28,387 nucleotides of DNA from the IMG/VR virus record IMGVR_UViG_3300047562_000517, positions 1 to 28,387 of that record; one strand, written 5' to 3'. This document shows, piece after piece, positions 9,790 to 19,426 of the stretch; positions within the stretch are counted from its first letter, which is position 1, and each line of letters starts with the position of its first letter. Origin of the DNA: a virus (Duplodnaviria; Caudoviricetes). The notes beneath the pieces are model-generated. The model saw nothing but the letters and a program-made list of their open reading frames with translations. It was not told the DNA's origin and searched no databases. The translations under genes and the position numbers were made by a program.

Positions 9790-12700
9790 ATGCCAGAAAT
9801 AGTTAGAGGTTTTAGTCGAGGTAGGATGAATAAAGATCTCGATGAAAGAATTGTACCTAACGGCGAATATAGAGATGCTTTAAACTTAGAGATTTCAGCA
9901 TCAGAAAATTCAGATGTTGGAGCTTTTGAAAATATCAAAGGTAATGTTGAGTTAAAAAATAAAAGTTACAACTCAAGAACAGGTGTTTATCAAACTTGGG
10001 ACATTAGCAGTGGTGATTATATATCTAATCTAACTAACGTTAAATGTATAGGTTCTGTTAGAGACACGTCTGCAGAAAAAATATACTCGTTTATAACATC
10101 TAATGAAGCTGACGTTATTGCTGAGTATGATCAAGTTTCGGATTTAGTAAGACCGCTTGTCGTTGATACTAACAATGTTTTTGGGTTTTCAGAGGATTAC
10201 TTAATAACTGGTGTAAATGTTATTGAAAGCGTTATTTTTTGGACTGATAATAAAAATGAGCCTAAAAAAGTAATAATTAAAGATTGGCAAAATTCAACTA
10301 ACGATTTTTTAACACACTCTAAAATATATGAAAGAGATTTCATAGAACAAGATGTAACAGTTATAAAAAAATATCCTTTAAAAAGACCTTCTCTAACTAT
10401 GTCTGAGAGTGATAGAGATGGAAACATAAGGACGAACTTAAATTATGCTTTTGCTTCTTTAAACCAAAATGGTAATTACAATTCTTTGGATATTAACACA
10501 CCTCCATTTAATGTAACTTTTACAACATCTGTTGATTTTTTAGAAGGAGACACTCTTACTTTAGATCTTAACGATGACGCAAATGAATACAATGAACTTT
10601 TTTCTATAAGACTACAAGTTGTTGAGGTTATAAATATATACATATATAAAGTTAAAATACTTTCAATTCCAGACGAGATACCAACTGGAACACTTCCTTA
10701 TGACGTGGAACTTGATCTAGAAGATCCACTTTTTGAATATAAAATGCCTAGATTTTCTTATAGATATAAGTATTTAGACAATCAATATTCTACATTTGCT
10801 CCTTTCACCGAAGCAGCTTTTTTGCCTGGAGAACCATTTAAATACGATAGTTACCACGGTTACAACTTAGCAATGACCAATGTTGCTAGAATAATAAAAA
10901 TATCTAATTTTGTAACAAGCGATATACCACCTGATGTAAAAGAAATAGACATACTTTACAAAGAATCTAATAATAACTTGGTTTACAAGGTAGAATCTAT
11001 AGCTAAAAATTCTAATACATGGGTGGCTAATGAATATGTTATTGAAAGTGAAATAATTAGCTCTGTTATAGAGGCTAACCAAATATTGAGACCATGGGAT
11101 AATGTACCAAAAAAAGCTAAGTCTCAAGAACTTATAGGCAACAGACTTGTGTATGGTAATTATACACAGGGTTATGATATGACTAATAAGTTAGGTCAAG
11201 ATATAAACCATGATCTTCAAATACAGATTCAACACGATGAAGATACTTCTGACATTTCTATAGGAAATCCAAGTAAATCTATAAAGTCTCAAAGAACTTA
11301 TCAACTAGGTGTTTCTTATATAGATAAATTTGGTAGACAAACACCTGTTTTTACATCATCAAAAGCAACAAAGGCTTTGGCAAAAAGTTTTGCTCCTTTA
11401 AGAAATATAATAAAAGCTAAAGTAAACAACCTACCTCCATCTTGGGCAAAATATTTTAAATATTTTATAAAAGAAACATCGAATGAATATTATAATTTAG
11501 CGATGGATAGATGGTATGACGCTGAAGATGGTAATGTATGGCTGTCTTTTCCATCGTCAGACAGAAATAAAGTTTCAGAAGAAAGTTTTATAGAGTTAAA
11601 GAAAAAACACGCTTCAGACGTACCTGTAACTGAAAATGCTAAATATAAAATAATATCAATATCTAACGAAGCACCGACATTTATAAAAACAACTAAAAAG
11701 CTTAGAGGATCCGGAGAACACGATTGGTCGACAATACCCGGTCTTGTGGATGGGTTTCCATTACCAGGTAGAACTAATTTTTATATCAGAAACATTGTAT
11801 GGAAAAATCTTTTTTCTGGTTTAGAGAGTTCTAGTGGAAATTTATATGTAGCTATATCGTTTGGAAACAATACTTCTGACTATTTTGAAATAGCAAATAT
11901 AACAACATTAGGTAATCCTGATGACAATAATTCTATAGTTAAAATTGATTTAATTGAACCAATGGATGATACTATCGCTTTTACTTCAACAGATAGTACA
12001 TTCGCTGGAAGAATTTCTAATACTTTTGTAGTAACAATAAGAGAATCGGTAGAAGAAAACAAACCTGAATTTGATGGAAGATTTTTCGCTAAAATACACA
12101 AAGATGCTACTCTTCAACAAAATATAATAATAGAAGGTACTAATCCTAAATATGGTGTTATAAGATCTAAAAATGTATATGCTAGGAGTTCTAATAGAGA
12201 AAACGTTGTGCACTGGTGGTTTTTTGATTACGCTAGACCACATCCAATTAACGGACATAGTCCGGATTGGCATTATGAAAATCAAGGTTTAGTTTTTGAG
12301 CCACATGAATATGGTTGGGGTTGCGTTGCAGGACAAGATAAATTTGATATAACTTGGCATGGATTTGGGGAAACGCAATCACACGCGTTCTGTGATAGAC
12401 ATTGGTCTATATGGTCTAATTGGGACACTGATAATGCTAATGAAAGACCTCAAAAGGATTTTAGCGATGCGTTAAAAGCAGTTGGTACTTTATTTAGATT
12501 TGTTGGAGATCCTAATGAAGAGGTATACGAAATAAAAAAAGTGTTTAGAACTTTTTACACCAACTCTAATAGAAGTATAGATTGTTTTGGCTCAGGTAGG
12601 AAGTGGTATAGAAGATCTATACGATATAGTATAAAAGTTGACAGACCTATGACATGGGTGCCACCTATAGGTGTTGATAGCGGAAATAACTATGGAATAA

Positions 12701-14229
12701 TAGAGATATTGCAAAATGTAAACAACTTAGGTAACAAAGCAGAGTTTGCTACTGAAAATCCAGCAATATGGGAAACTGAACCAAAAGAATCTGCTGAGCT
12801 AGATATTTACTATGCTGCTAGCGATGTTTATGATATATCAGAATTAAACGATGAGAAGCAGTTAGAATGGCATAACTGCTGGAGTTTTGGAAATGGAGTT
12901 GAATCAAACAGAATAAGAGATGATTACAACGCGGTTTTATTAGATAAGAACCCAATTGTATCAGCTGTTTTAGAAGAACCATATCAAGAAGAACTAAAGG
13001 GCTCTGGTTTGATATATTCGAACATATTTAATTCAACATCGGGTATAAACGGCTTAAATCAATTTATACAAGCTGAAAAAATAACAAAAGATCTTAATCC
13101 TAGTTATGGTACAATCCAAAAACTACACGCTAGAGATACTGATCTAATTTGTTTAACGGAAGATAAATGTTTTAATATACTAGCTAACAAAGATGCACTT
13201 TATAATGCTGATGGTAATTCAAACGTAACTTCTAACTTTAACGTTTTAGGGCAAGTAACACCATATGTTGGAGAATTTGGTATATCTACAAATCCGGAAT
13301 CTTTTGCAACATACGGATTTAGATCTTATTTTTCTGACAGAAACAGAGGAACTGTTTTAAGGCTTTCTAGAGATGGCATAGAAGAGATAGCTGCAAAAGG
13401 TATGGGGGATTTCTTTTCTGACAATCTACCATACTCTAAATCAATTATAGGAAGTTATGACGACGTCAACAACTCTTACAATATAACTTTAAACGCGCTT
13501 TCTCCAGAATGGCAAAAAAAGTTAGAAACAGGAGTTTTTGATAGAACGAATTGTAATATACCTGATGACCAAAGCGATAATATTACAGCTACAACTTTAA
13601 CATTTAAAGAAGATGTAGATGGTTGGGAAAGTAGAAAATCTTTTATACAGGAAAGCGGTTTAAGTTTAAACGGAGAATATTATACTTTTAAAAATGGTAC
13701 AATATGGAAACATAGAGCTAATAATAATTATAATACATTTTATTGTATTAAATATGACAGCTCTTTAAACTTATTGTTTAATGAAGAATCTAATAATGTC
13801 AAGGTTTTTAAAACATTAAATTATACTGGATCAAAACCGCGTAATTATATATATAACGTTTCTGGAACAAAAAGATATTCATTAGCCGAAATACAAGCTG
13901 ATTCTTTAATTCCGACAAACGAGACTATCGAACCTGGTTGGTATACAAACTGGATAGCAACAGATTTGCAAGAAGGAAGTTTAAAAACTTTTGTAAATAA
14001 AGAAGGTAAATATTATAACTATATAAAAGGTTTATCAACATATTTTGATGACAATTGCGACAATAATATTGATTCCAATGAGTTTTCTGTACAGGGAATA
14101 GGTAGAGCGACGGTGACTGGCAATACGCGAAGCGGCTTTAATGTGCATTTATACATAGATAACACTTGTTTTATAAACAACTATAACGTTCACTTATATG
14201 TGAGCGCTGATTGTTCTGAAGTAGGGTAG
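9790..14229 (+). CDS. Tail stabilisation / muzzle (nozzle) protein
   Basis: 1479 aa, beta-rich. N-terminus GRMNKDLDERIVPNGEYRDALN, plus GNRLVYGNY, FGNGVESNRIRDD and GEFGISTNPES segments characteristic of crAss-like stabilisation proteins. Confidence 0.75.
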   Translation: MPEIVRGFSRGRMNKDLDERIVPNGEYRDALNLEISASENSDVGAFENIKGNVELKNKSYNSRTGVYQTWDISSGDYISNLTNVKCIGSVRDTSAEKIYSFITSNEADVIAEYDQVSDLVRPLVVDTNNVFGFSEDYLITGVNVIESVIFWTDNKNEPKKVIIKDWQNSTNDFLTHSKIYERDFIEQDVTVIKKYPLKRPSLTMSESDRDGNIRTNLNYAFASLNQNGNYNSLDINTPPFNVTFTTSVDFLEGDTLTLDLNDDANEYNELFSIRLQVVEVINIYIYKVKILSIPDEIPTGTLPYDVELDLEDPLFEYKMPRFSYRYKYLDNQYSTFAPFTEAAFLPGEPFKYDSYHGYNLAMTNVARIIKISNFVTSDIPPDVKEIDILYKESNNNLVYKVESIAKNSNTWVANEYVIESEIISSVIEANQILRPWDNVPKKAKSQELIGNRLVYGNYTQGYDMTNKLGQDINHDLQIQIQHDEDTSDISIGNPSKSIKSQRTYQLGVSYIDKFGRQTPVFTSSKATKALAKSFAPLRNIIKAKVNNLPPSWAKYFKYFIKETSNEYYNLAMDRWYDAEDGNVWLSFPSSDRNKVSEESFIELKKKHASDVPVTENAKYKIISISNEAPTFIKTTKKLRGSGEHDWSTIPGLVDGFPLPGRTNFYIRNIVWKNLFSGLESSSGNLYVAISFGNNTSDYFEIANITTLGNPDDNNSIVKIDLIEPMDDTIAFTSTDSTFAGRISNTFVVTIRESVEENKPEFDGRFFAKIHKDATLQQNIIIEGTNPKYGVIRSKNVYARSSNRENVVHWWFFDYARPHPINGHSPDWHYENQGLVFEPHEYGWGCVAGQDKFDITWHGFGETQSHAFCDRHWSIWSNWDTDNANERPQKDFSDALKAVGTLFRFVGDPNEEVYEIKKVFRTFYTNSNRSIDCFGSGRKWYRRSIRYSIKVDRPMTWVPPIGVDSGNNYGIIEILQNVNNLGNKAEFATENPAIWETEPKESAELDIYYAASDVYDISELNDEKQLEWHNCWSFGNGVESNRIRDDYNAVLLDKNPIVSAVLEEPYQEELKGSGLIYSNIFNSTSGINGLNQFIQAEKITKDLNPSYGTIQKLHARDTDLICLTEDKCFNILANKDALYNADGNSNVTSNFNVLGQVTPYVGEFGISTNPESFATYGFRSYFSDRNRGTVLRLSRDGIEEIAAKGMGDFFSDNLPYSKSIIGSYDDVNNSYNITLNALSPEWQKKLETGVFDRTNCNIPDDQSDNITATTLTFKEDVDGWESRKSFIQESGLSLNGEYYTFKNGTIWKHRANNNYNTFYCIKYDSSLNLLFNEESNNVKVFKTLNYTGSKPRNYIYNVSGTKRYSLAEIQADSLIPTNETIEPGWYTNWIATDLQEGSLKTFVNKEGKYYNYIKGLSTYFDDNCDNNIDSNEFSVQGIGRATVTGNTRSGFNVHLYIDNTCFINNYNVHLYVSADCSEVG

Positions 14230-14285
14230 GTTATCACACACTAGACAACTTGTATGTTTAAAAAAAATAAAGTAATAAAATAATA

Positions 14286-16961
14286 ATGAGTCATACAACA
14301 ACAATAGGTAATTTTTCAGTACAATCAATTGATTTTGAAGTACCACAAGGTGACACAATATCAAGTGTTCAGCCAATAGCGACGCTGATACTTGTGCCAG
14401 ATAGTGGCTATCAAATAGACGCTAATGATTTTTTTTACATATCTGGTCCTTCTCAAGTAGCAAGCGCTGTTTTTACTCAAAGCGGGAATAATGTTATATG
14501 TATTGTTACATTCGACACCAATTACGTGATGCCTGGTAACGATGTCGATATACCAATATGTATATCAGGAAATGCAACACCACTTCAATATAGTCTTTCT
14601 GGTGTTGTAGAATTAATAGCTGATTCTCACGTAACACCGCTATCTGGCAACACAGCTTATTCTGCTGCAGGTGGAAATGGAGAAATAGTTCAAGCTTTTA
14701 CTTTTACAGTTAGTGCTGATAGTGGTTATTTTTTCTCTTCAGCACCGCAAGGCGCTATAACAACTGGCGTTGTTGCCGATTATTCAATAACATCTTCAAA
14801 TGTTTATGATTCAAATGGTAACTTAACTTCAGTTACATTTACTGGAAATTATACTTTTGGAAGTAATAATGTTACAGGCAACGTGTTTACGGTTATAGCT
14901 AATGTTAAAGAAATACCTGTTTTAGTTAGAGAAATAACTTCTTACAGTATAAATACTAGTAATCTATCTGGAAACTTTAATACCACTAGAAACATGAAGA
15001 TCTACGGTAGTCCAGGTGCTTTATTCTCATTGACAGTCGTGAATGAAGACGGTACTAGCATTCTAGGTTCTACCTTATCAAACGTAGTAATACCACTAAG
15101 TGGTGTTTATTCGTTTAATATAACATTCCCAGCTGTTACCGACAACGATCATTACGACTTTGTTTTAACTGGTAATTTAGCGACAACCTTTGATACACCA
15201 TCTGGTCAACCATCAATATTTACTATAAATCAATACTTAGACATAACGGTTTCTTATGGATTAACATCTACGGATCCGAATCTTTCTTTACCTAGTAACA
15301 TATCTTACACGTATCACCCTCTCGAAGAGTTAGAGCCCGGTGATTCAAATTACGCTTTTCAATTAATATTTCAAGTTACTTCTGGTTCTGAGATAACAGT
15401 CGGTACTCCCCCATTGCCATCAGATTTTAGTAATACAGACCCACTTAACAACGGTGGGACCGACATAAATATAGAGTCTGTTATAACTGAATTGTCAGCC
15501 AACTCACAAATTCTAACTATAACGGTAGATGGTTTTGTGCTAGAGACAGGTGTAGATAACGTATTAAGTCAATTAAACTTAGATTCTTTTGTTCAAACAA
15601 ACAGACCTCCAACAGCTGCTAATGTAATAAAAACAATAGTTGAAGACGAGATTAATCCAAGCAATCTAGTAATACAACTTTTAGGTAGTGATTTAAATGG
15701 AGATTCTTTAGTTTACAGCATAACTTCACTACCACTAAATGGCGATATATATGCGCCTACGGATACAACTTTTCAAACACCATTGGGAACAGGGCTATTG
15801 TTAAGCGGTTGGAGTTCTGTTTTATATAAACCAGACGCTAACTTCGACGGTGTTGATGATTTCACATATAAAGTAAATGATGGTGAGGTTGATTCTAATG
15901 TAGCCTCTGTTTTTATAACAGTTACCCCTATTAACGATGCTCCAATTATAACGAGCACAGCGCCTCAGTTCATTGGTGTCGCGGGTGGAACATATATATA
16001 TAACTTTACATATTCAGACGTAGATCACACTTACCCAGAAGTTACAATAAGTACTCAATCTAGTCTTCCAGTTGGGTGGACGCTAACGGATAATCAAAAT
16101 GGTACCGGGACATTAACTGGTCCTGTTCCAGCTGGGTTAACAACAATAGTTTTAATTGCTACAGATCCCTTAGGTACATCTGACTCAGAAACGATAAACG
16201 TTAGCGCTGCTTACGACATTTTAACTAAAATGGAGTTCGTAGTTAGTTATAGAAGTACCCCTATAAGCGCATCAGTAGCTACTGGACAATCACCTAAAAC
16301 AACGTCTGCTATAAACTTATCAGCAAAACCGAGCGGAGTTGCTGGCCACAGTTGCAACGATGCTGATTTTATATTGCTAGCAGAAACTCAAGATTCAAAT
16401 AACAATACGATTAGATTTATAATAGGTAGATCAGCCTTGAACAACACCGGCACAACTCAAGCTAATTCAACTTCTTTCAACCTAACAGATGCGGCTTGGC
16501 AATTGGTAACTTTACCTTTGTTTTCGAACAGGACAACAAGTGGTTCTGATACTGTACCAAACAACTTTATTGACATAAACAGCGATGTGTATGATGAGAG
16601 CAATCTCGTACAATCACCTTACAGCGCTAGTAATCCACAAACATATTATGTTAGCGGGGCAATAAGTAATATTGATCGTAAAAATTATTTTACAATAAAT
16701 AATACATTAGCCGCGCAAATGGCAGCGGCGACCGCAACAGGTGTATTTACACTTAGACTTTCTTTAGACTCATTTAGTTTAGTATCAGGGACTTATTACG
16801 CGTGGGCACATGCGGAATCAGCTTGGTTACAAGTGTTTAAAGAAAATTCAGCCGGAACAAATCAAGAAGAGGTTTTAGATTCTAATGGTAATAGTTTTGG
16901 AGTAACGAGTGCTAGTAATGTTTCGATTAATATATTCACAGGCGCAGTAACAGTAACTTAA
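14286..16961 (+). CDS. Tail-associated adhesin/fibre-like protein with Ig-like (Big_9/cadherin-like) domains
   Basis: 891 aa, Ser/Thr/Gly/Asn-rich. NRPPTA...GSDLNGDSLVYSI...YKPDANFDGVDDFTYKVNDG...VTPINDAPII is a Big_9/tandem-95-type repeat. It is followed by a He_PIG/cadherin-like unit (SDVD...LPVGWTL...GTLTG...ATDPLG). Confidence 0.72.
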   Translation: MSHTTTIGNFSVQSIDFEVPQGDTISSVQPIATLILVPDSGYQIDANDFFYISGPSQVASAVFTQSGNNVICIVTFDTNYVMPGNDVDIPICISGNATPLQYSLSGVVELIADSHVTPLSGNTAYSAAGGNGEIVQAFTFTVSADSGYFFSSAPQGAITTGVVADYSITSSNVYDSNGNLTSVTFTGNYTFGSNNVTGNVFTVIANVKEIPVLVREITSYSINTSNLSGNFNTTRNMKIYGSPGALFSLTVVNEDGTSILGSTLSNVVIPLSGVYSFNITFPAVTDNDHYDFVLTGNLATTFDTPSGQPSIFTINQYLDITVSYGLTSTDPNLSLPSNISYTYHPLEELEPGDSNYAFQLIFQVTSGSEITVGTPPLPSDFSNTDPLNNGGTDINIESVITELSANSQILTITVDGFVLETGVDNVLSQLNLDSFVQTNRPPTAANVIKTIVEDEINPSNLVIQLLGSDLNGDSLVYSITSLPLNGDIYAPTDTTFQTPLGTGLLLSGWSSVLYKPDANFDGVDDFTYKVNDGEVDSNVASVFITVTPINDAPIITSTAPQFIGVAGGTYIYNFTYSDVDHTYPEVTISTQSSLPVGWTLTDNQNGTGTLTGPVPAGLTTIVLIATDPLGTSDSETINVSAAYDILTKMEFVVSYRSTPISASVATGQSPKTTSAINLSAKPSGVAGHSCNDADFILLAETQDSNNNTIRFIIGRSALNNTGTTQANSTSFNLTDAAWQLVTLPLFSNRTTSGSDTVPNNFIDINSDVYDESNLVQSPYSASNPQTYYVSGAISNIDRKNYFTINNTLAAQMAAATATGVFTLRLSLDSFSLVSGTYYAWAHAESAWLQVFKENSAGTNQEEVLDSNGNSFGVTSASNVSINIFTGAVTVT

Positions 16962-16962
16962 T

Positions 16963-17295
16963 ATGGCATCTATACAAAGCATAACACTTACATTCCCTAA
17001 TCCAATAAATGTTTCTGCTCAAATTGGAGACACCGTTTATTACACTAATGATGAAAATGGAGATGTTATTATAGAAATAGGTGTTATAACATCTATATCT
17101 ACATATACTATAGTGGCTAATATATCTAGCGCGACCCCAAGACCAGATAATAACAGTTTTATACTTTTTAGTAAAACAAACAAAGTGAACATTAGTGGGC
17201 TTAGGGGTTATTATGCAGAGGCTCAATTTAAAAATGATTCTTATGGAAAAATAGAATTATATTCTGTTGGATCTGAAATATTTATAAGTAGTTAA
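16963..17295 (+). CDS. Small tail protein, resembles the C-terminal module of muzzle proteins
   Basis: 110 aa, starts 1 nt after the upstream stop. Ends GLRGYYAEAQFKND...ELYSVGSEIFISS. Confidence 0.55.
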   Translation: MASIQSITLTFPNPINVSAQIGDTVYYTNDENGDVIIEIGVITSISTYTIVANISSATPRPDNNSFILFSKTNKVNISGLRGYYAEAQFKNDSYGKIELYSVGSEIFISS

Positions 17296-17350
17296 TATTT
17301 GGTGATAAAGTGTAATAATAATAATGATAATATAGTAAAAAAATAAAATT

Positions 17351-17959
17351 ATGATTCCAATTGGAGCAGCGTTACAAGGTATACAAGGCCTAGCTGGAAT
17401 AGCTGGAGGTATTATTGGCAGCGGTAAAAGAAAAAGAGAGCAACGTAAAGCACAAGAAGAGTATAACATGAACAAGCAAGCTTATATGGAGCTTGACACA
17501 TCTAATGTGTATAAAAACATGGAAAATGTTTACGAAGATCTTACTGTAAACACTCAAGCGGCAGATTTTGCAGCACAACAACAGCAACAAAGTTTGGCTA
17601 ACACCATGCAGGGGATGCAAGGCGCTGCTGGTGGATCTGGGATAGCAGCTTTAGCTCAAGCTATGGCCAGTCAACAATCTCAAAATCTACAGCAAGCATC
17701 GGCTAGTATCGCTGAGCAAGAGTCTGCTAATGAAATGGCTAAAGCTAATATGGCTGGCCAACTTCAAACCATGGAAGCTAAAGGAGAATTAATATCTAGA
17801 GCTCAAGAACAAGAGAAAACAGAAACACTTTTAGGTATGTCTCAACAAAGATTAGCAGCTGCTAACCAAGCTAGGCAACAAGCAACAGCTGGCATACTTG
17901 GTGGTGTTGGAGATGTTATAGGTGGGGCGGCTGGAATTTACGCTGAAATGGCTAGATAA
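17351..17959 (+). CDS. Putative ejection (internal virion) protein
   Basis: 202 aa, Ala/Gln/Gly-rich coiled coil with Gly-rich hydrophobic N- and C-termini, like podophage DNA-injection proteins. Follows the tail genes. Confidence 0.6.
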   Translation: MIPIGAALQGIQGLAGIAGGIIGSGKRKREQRKAQEEYNMNKQAYMELDTSNVYKNMENVYEDLTVNTQAADFAAQQQQQSLANTMQGMQGAAGGSGIAALAQAMASQQSQNLQQASASIAEQESANEMAKANMAGQLQTMEAKGELISRAQEQEKTETLLGMSQQRLAAANQARQQATAGILGGVGDVIGGAAGIYAEMAR

Positions 17960-17972
17960 AAAAAAATAAGAT

Positions 17973-19412
17973 ATGGCTAATAGAGATTTAATAGCACAAC
18001 AAGGTTTAATATATCAAAGTAGATATTATGATCCATCTCTTTCTTTTGAGCAACCTTTCGCAAGAGCACAGAGTATGGTTGATAATATTTTAGCTAGAAA
18101 AAAGAGAGAAAAAGCTTTAGTTGAATCTAAAGTGGCTAATTATATTGATAACATGGCCGAGCCATTAAACGTGGCTAAAATACCACCTAAATATAGAGAT
18201 TCTGTTAACAAGTTTTTGATACAAAAAAGAAATGAGTATGCTCAAGCCGCTAGAGTTGCTAGTAGATACAGTCCAACTTCGACAGCTTACATGGAGTCTG
18301 TTTCTAAAATGAATTCAATATCATCTTCTTTTGAACAACTAAATAATCAATTTGAGATATTTAAAAAGATGAAAGATGAAGATCTCCCTGATTTTACAGG
18401 TAGATTAGTTTCTGATGGTAATAAAAATAGTGATCTAAATATCTTAACAGATGTTCTAACAGATAAGTACGATATTAGTATAACTGATAATGGAAATATA
18501 TCTTTTTATACTGGTGAAATATCTGAAAACGGTGAAAATATTATAATTCAAAAAGAATTAAACGATCTTCCAAAATATTTTAACAAAGATTTTAAAACTG
18601 CTAATAAGATAGTAGAACTCAACAAAAAAATATACAATGGTGGTAATAAATTAGATGCTGCTAGTAGAGACTTTTATAAGCTTCAGTTAAAATCTATGTT
18701 GTCAGAAGGCGGTAGAGAGACGGTGGTTTCTCTAGCAACAGATGATTTTATTATAGATGGAGGTTTAGGTTTAGATCCAGCTCTTTTGGAAGACGAATCT
18801 AGACACGATGAGCTAACAAACATTGTTGTAGAACAATATTTAAACATGTTTGATAAAACAGCTTCTGCAGGATTTAAATCAGCAGAATACAAAAGAAAAA
18901 AACAGCTATTGGGTGACGGTGGCGATGATTTCAAGTTAACCCCTTCGGTTCAGCAAGAAATAACACTTGGTCAAGGTAGAGCTGGTAAAGCAAGAGAAAG
19001 TGCACTAGCATTTGTTAATGCTGCAAAAGCTGGCAACTGGGAGCAGGTTGCTAAAAAGTACATAAACTTTGTTAAAGCTAATTCTTCTGGAACAGCTCGT
19101 GAAATGATAACTAGAGGTGAACACTTTAAGTTGTATGCAAATCAATTCGAAGGAGTGAGTAGAGATAAATTGATCAAAGACTATAGAGAAATATATCCAA
19201 AAGATCAATATATGTTTATATTAAATAAAGGGCAGGTTGATCCAGAATTTGATGATAGTTGGTCTGGATTTAATCCTTTCTCAAATTTATCTGATCCAAA
19301 CGCTGTGTACCAAGAGTTACTTTATGACATAGGATTCTCTGACAATGCTGTTGGTTACTTTGTATCCGGAGGAGGCACTAGCTCTGACGAAGGGGTTTTA
19401 AACGTACAATAA
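17973..19412 (+). CDS. Putative ejection/cargo protein
   Basis: 479 aa with a helical N-half, located between the small ejection protein and the giant protein. No recognisable catalytic motif. Confidence 0.45.
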   Translation: MANRDLIAQQGLIYQSRYYDPSLSFEQPFARAQSMVDNILARKKREKALVESKVANYIDNMAEPLNVAKIPPKYRDSVNKFLIQKRNEYAQAARVASRYSPTSTAYMESVSKMNSISSSFEQLNNQFEIFKKMKDEDLPDFTGRLVSDGNKNSDLNILTDVLTDKYDISITDNGNISFYTGEISENGENIIIQKELNDLPKYFNKDFKTANKIVELNKKIYNGGNKLDAASRDFYKLQLKSMLSEGGRETVVSLATDDFIIDGGLGLDPALLEDESRHDELTNIVVEQYLNMFDKTASAGFKSAEYKRKKQLLGDGGDDFKLTPSVQQEITLGQGRAGKARESALAFVNAAKAGNWEQVAKKYINFVKANSSGTAREMITRGEHFKLYANQFEGVSRDKLIKDYREIYPKDQYMFILNKGQVDPEFDDSWSGFNPFSNLSDPNAVYQELLYDIGFSDNAVGYFVSGGGTSSDEGVLNVQ

Positions 19413-19426
19413 TAAAATAAAATATC

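Noticed and set aside
13625-13631. Second GGGAAAG heptamer in the muzzle gene
   Set aside because: Out of phase (TGG GAA AGT) and no downstream structure seen.
14227-14286. Readthrough or frameshift fusing the muzzle to the Ig-domain gene via TTTAAAAAAAAA
   Set aside because: The A-run lies after two in-frame TAG stops, the next gene is in another frame, and it has its own AT-rich start context.
9790-16961. Diversity-generating retroelement target in the tail genes
   Set aside because: No reverse transcriptase and no TR/VR nucleotide repeat pair differing only at adenines visible in the window.
4495-17320. GGTGATAA...TGTA motif at 4495 and 17301 as a late promoter
   Set aside because: Only two intergenic copies with different spacing, one overlaps a stop codon, and the octamer also occurs within coding sequence (about 24299).
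17313-17331. TAA-type trinucleotide run
   Set aside because: Short low-complexity AT tract in an intergenic region; not a CRISPR or meaningful repeat.
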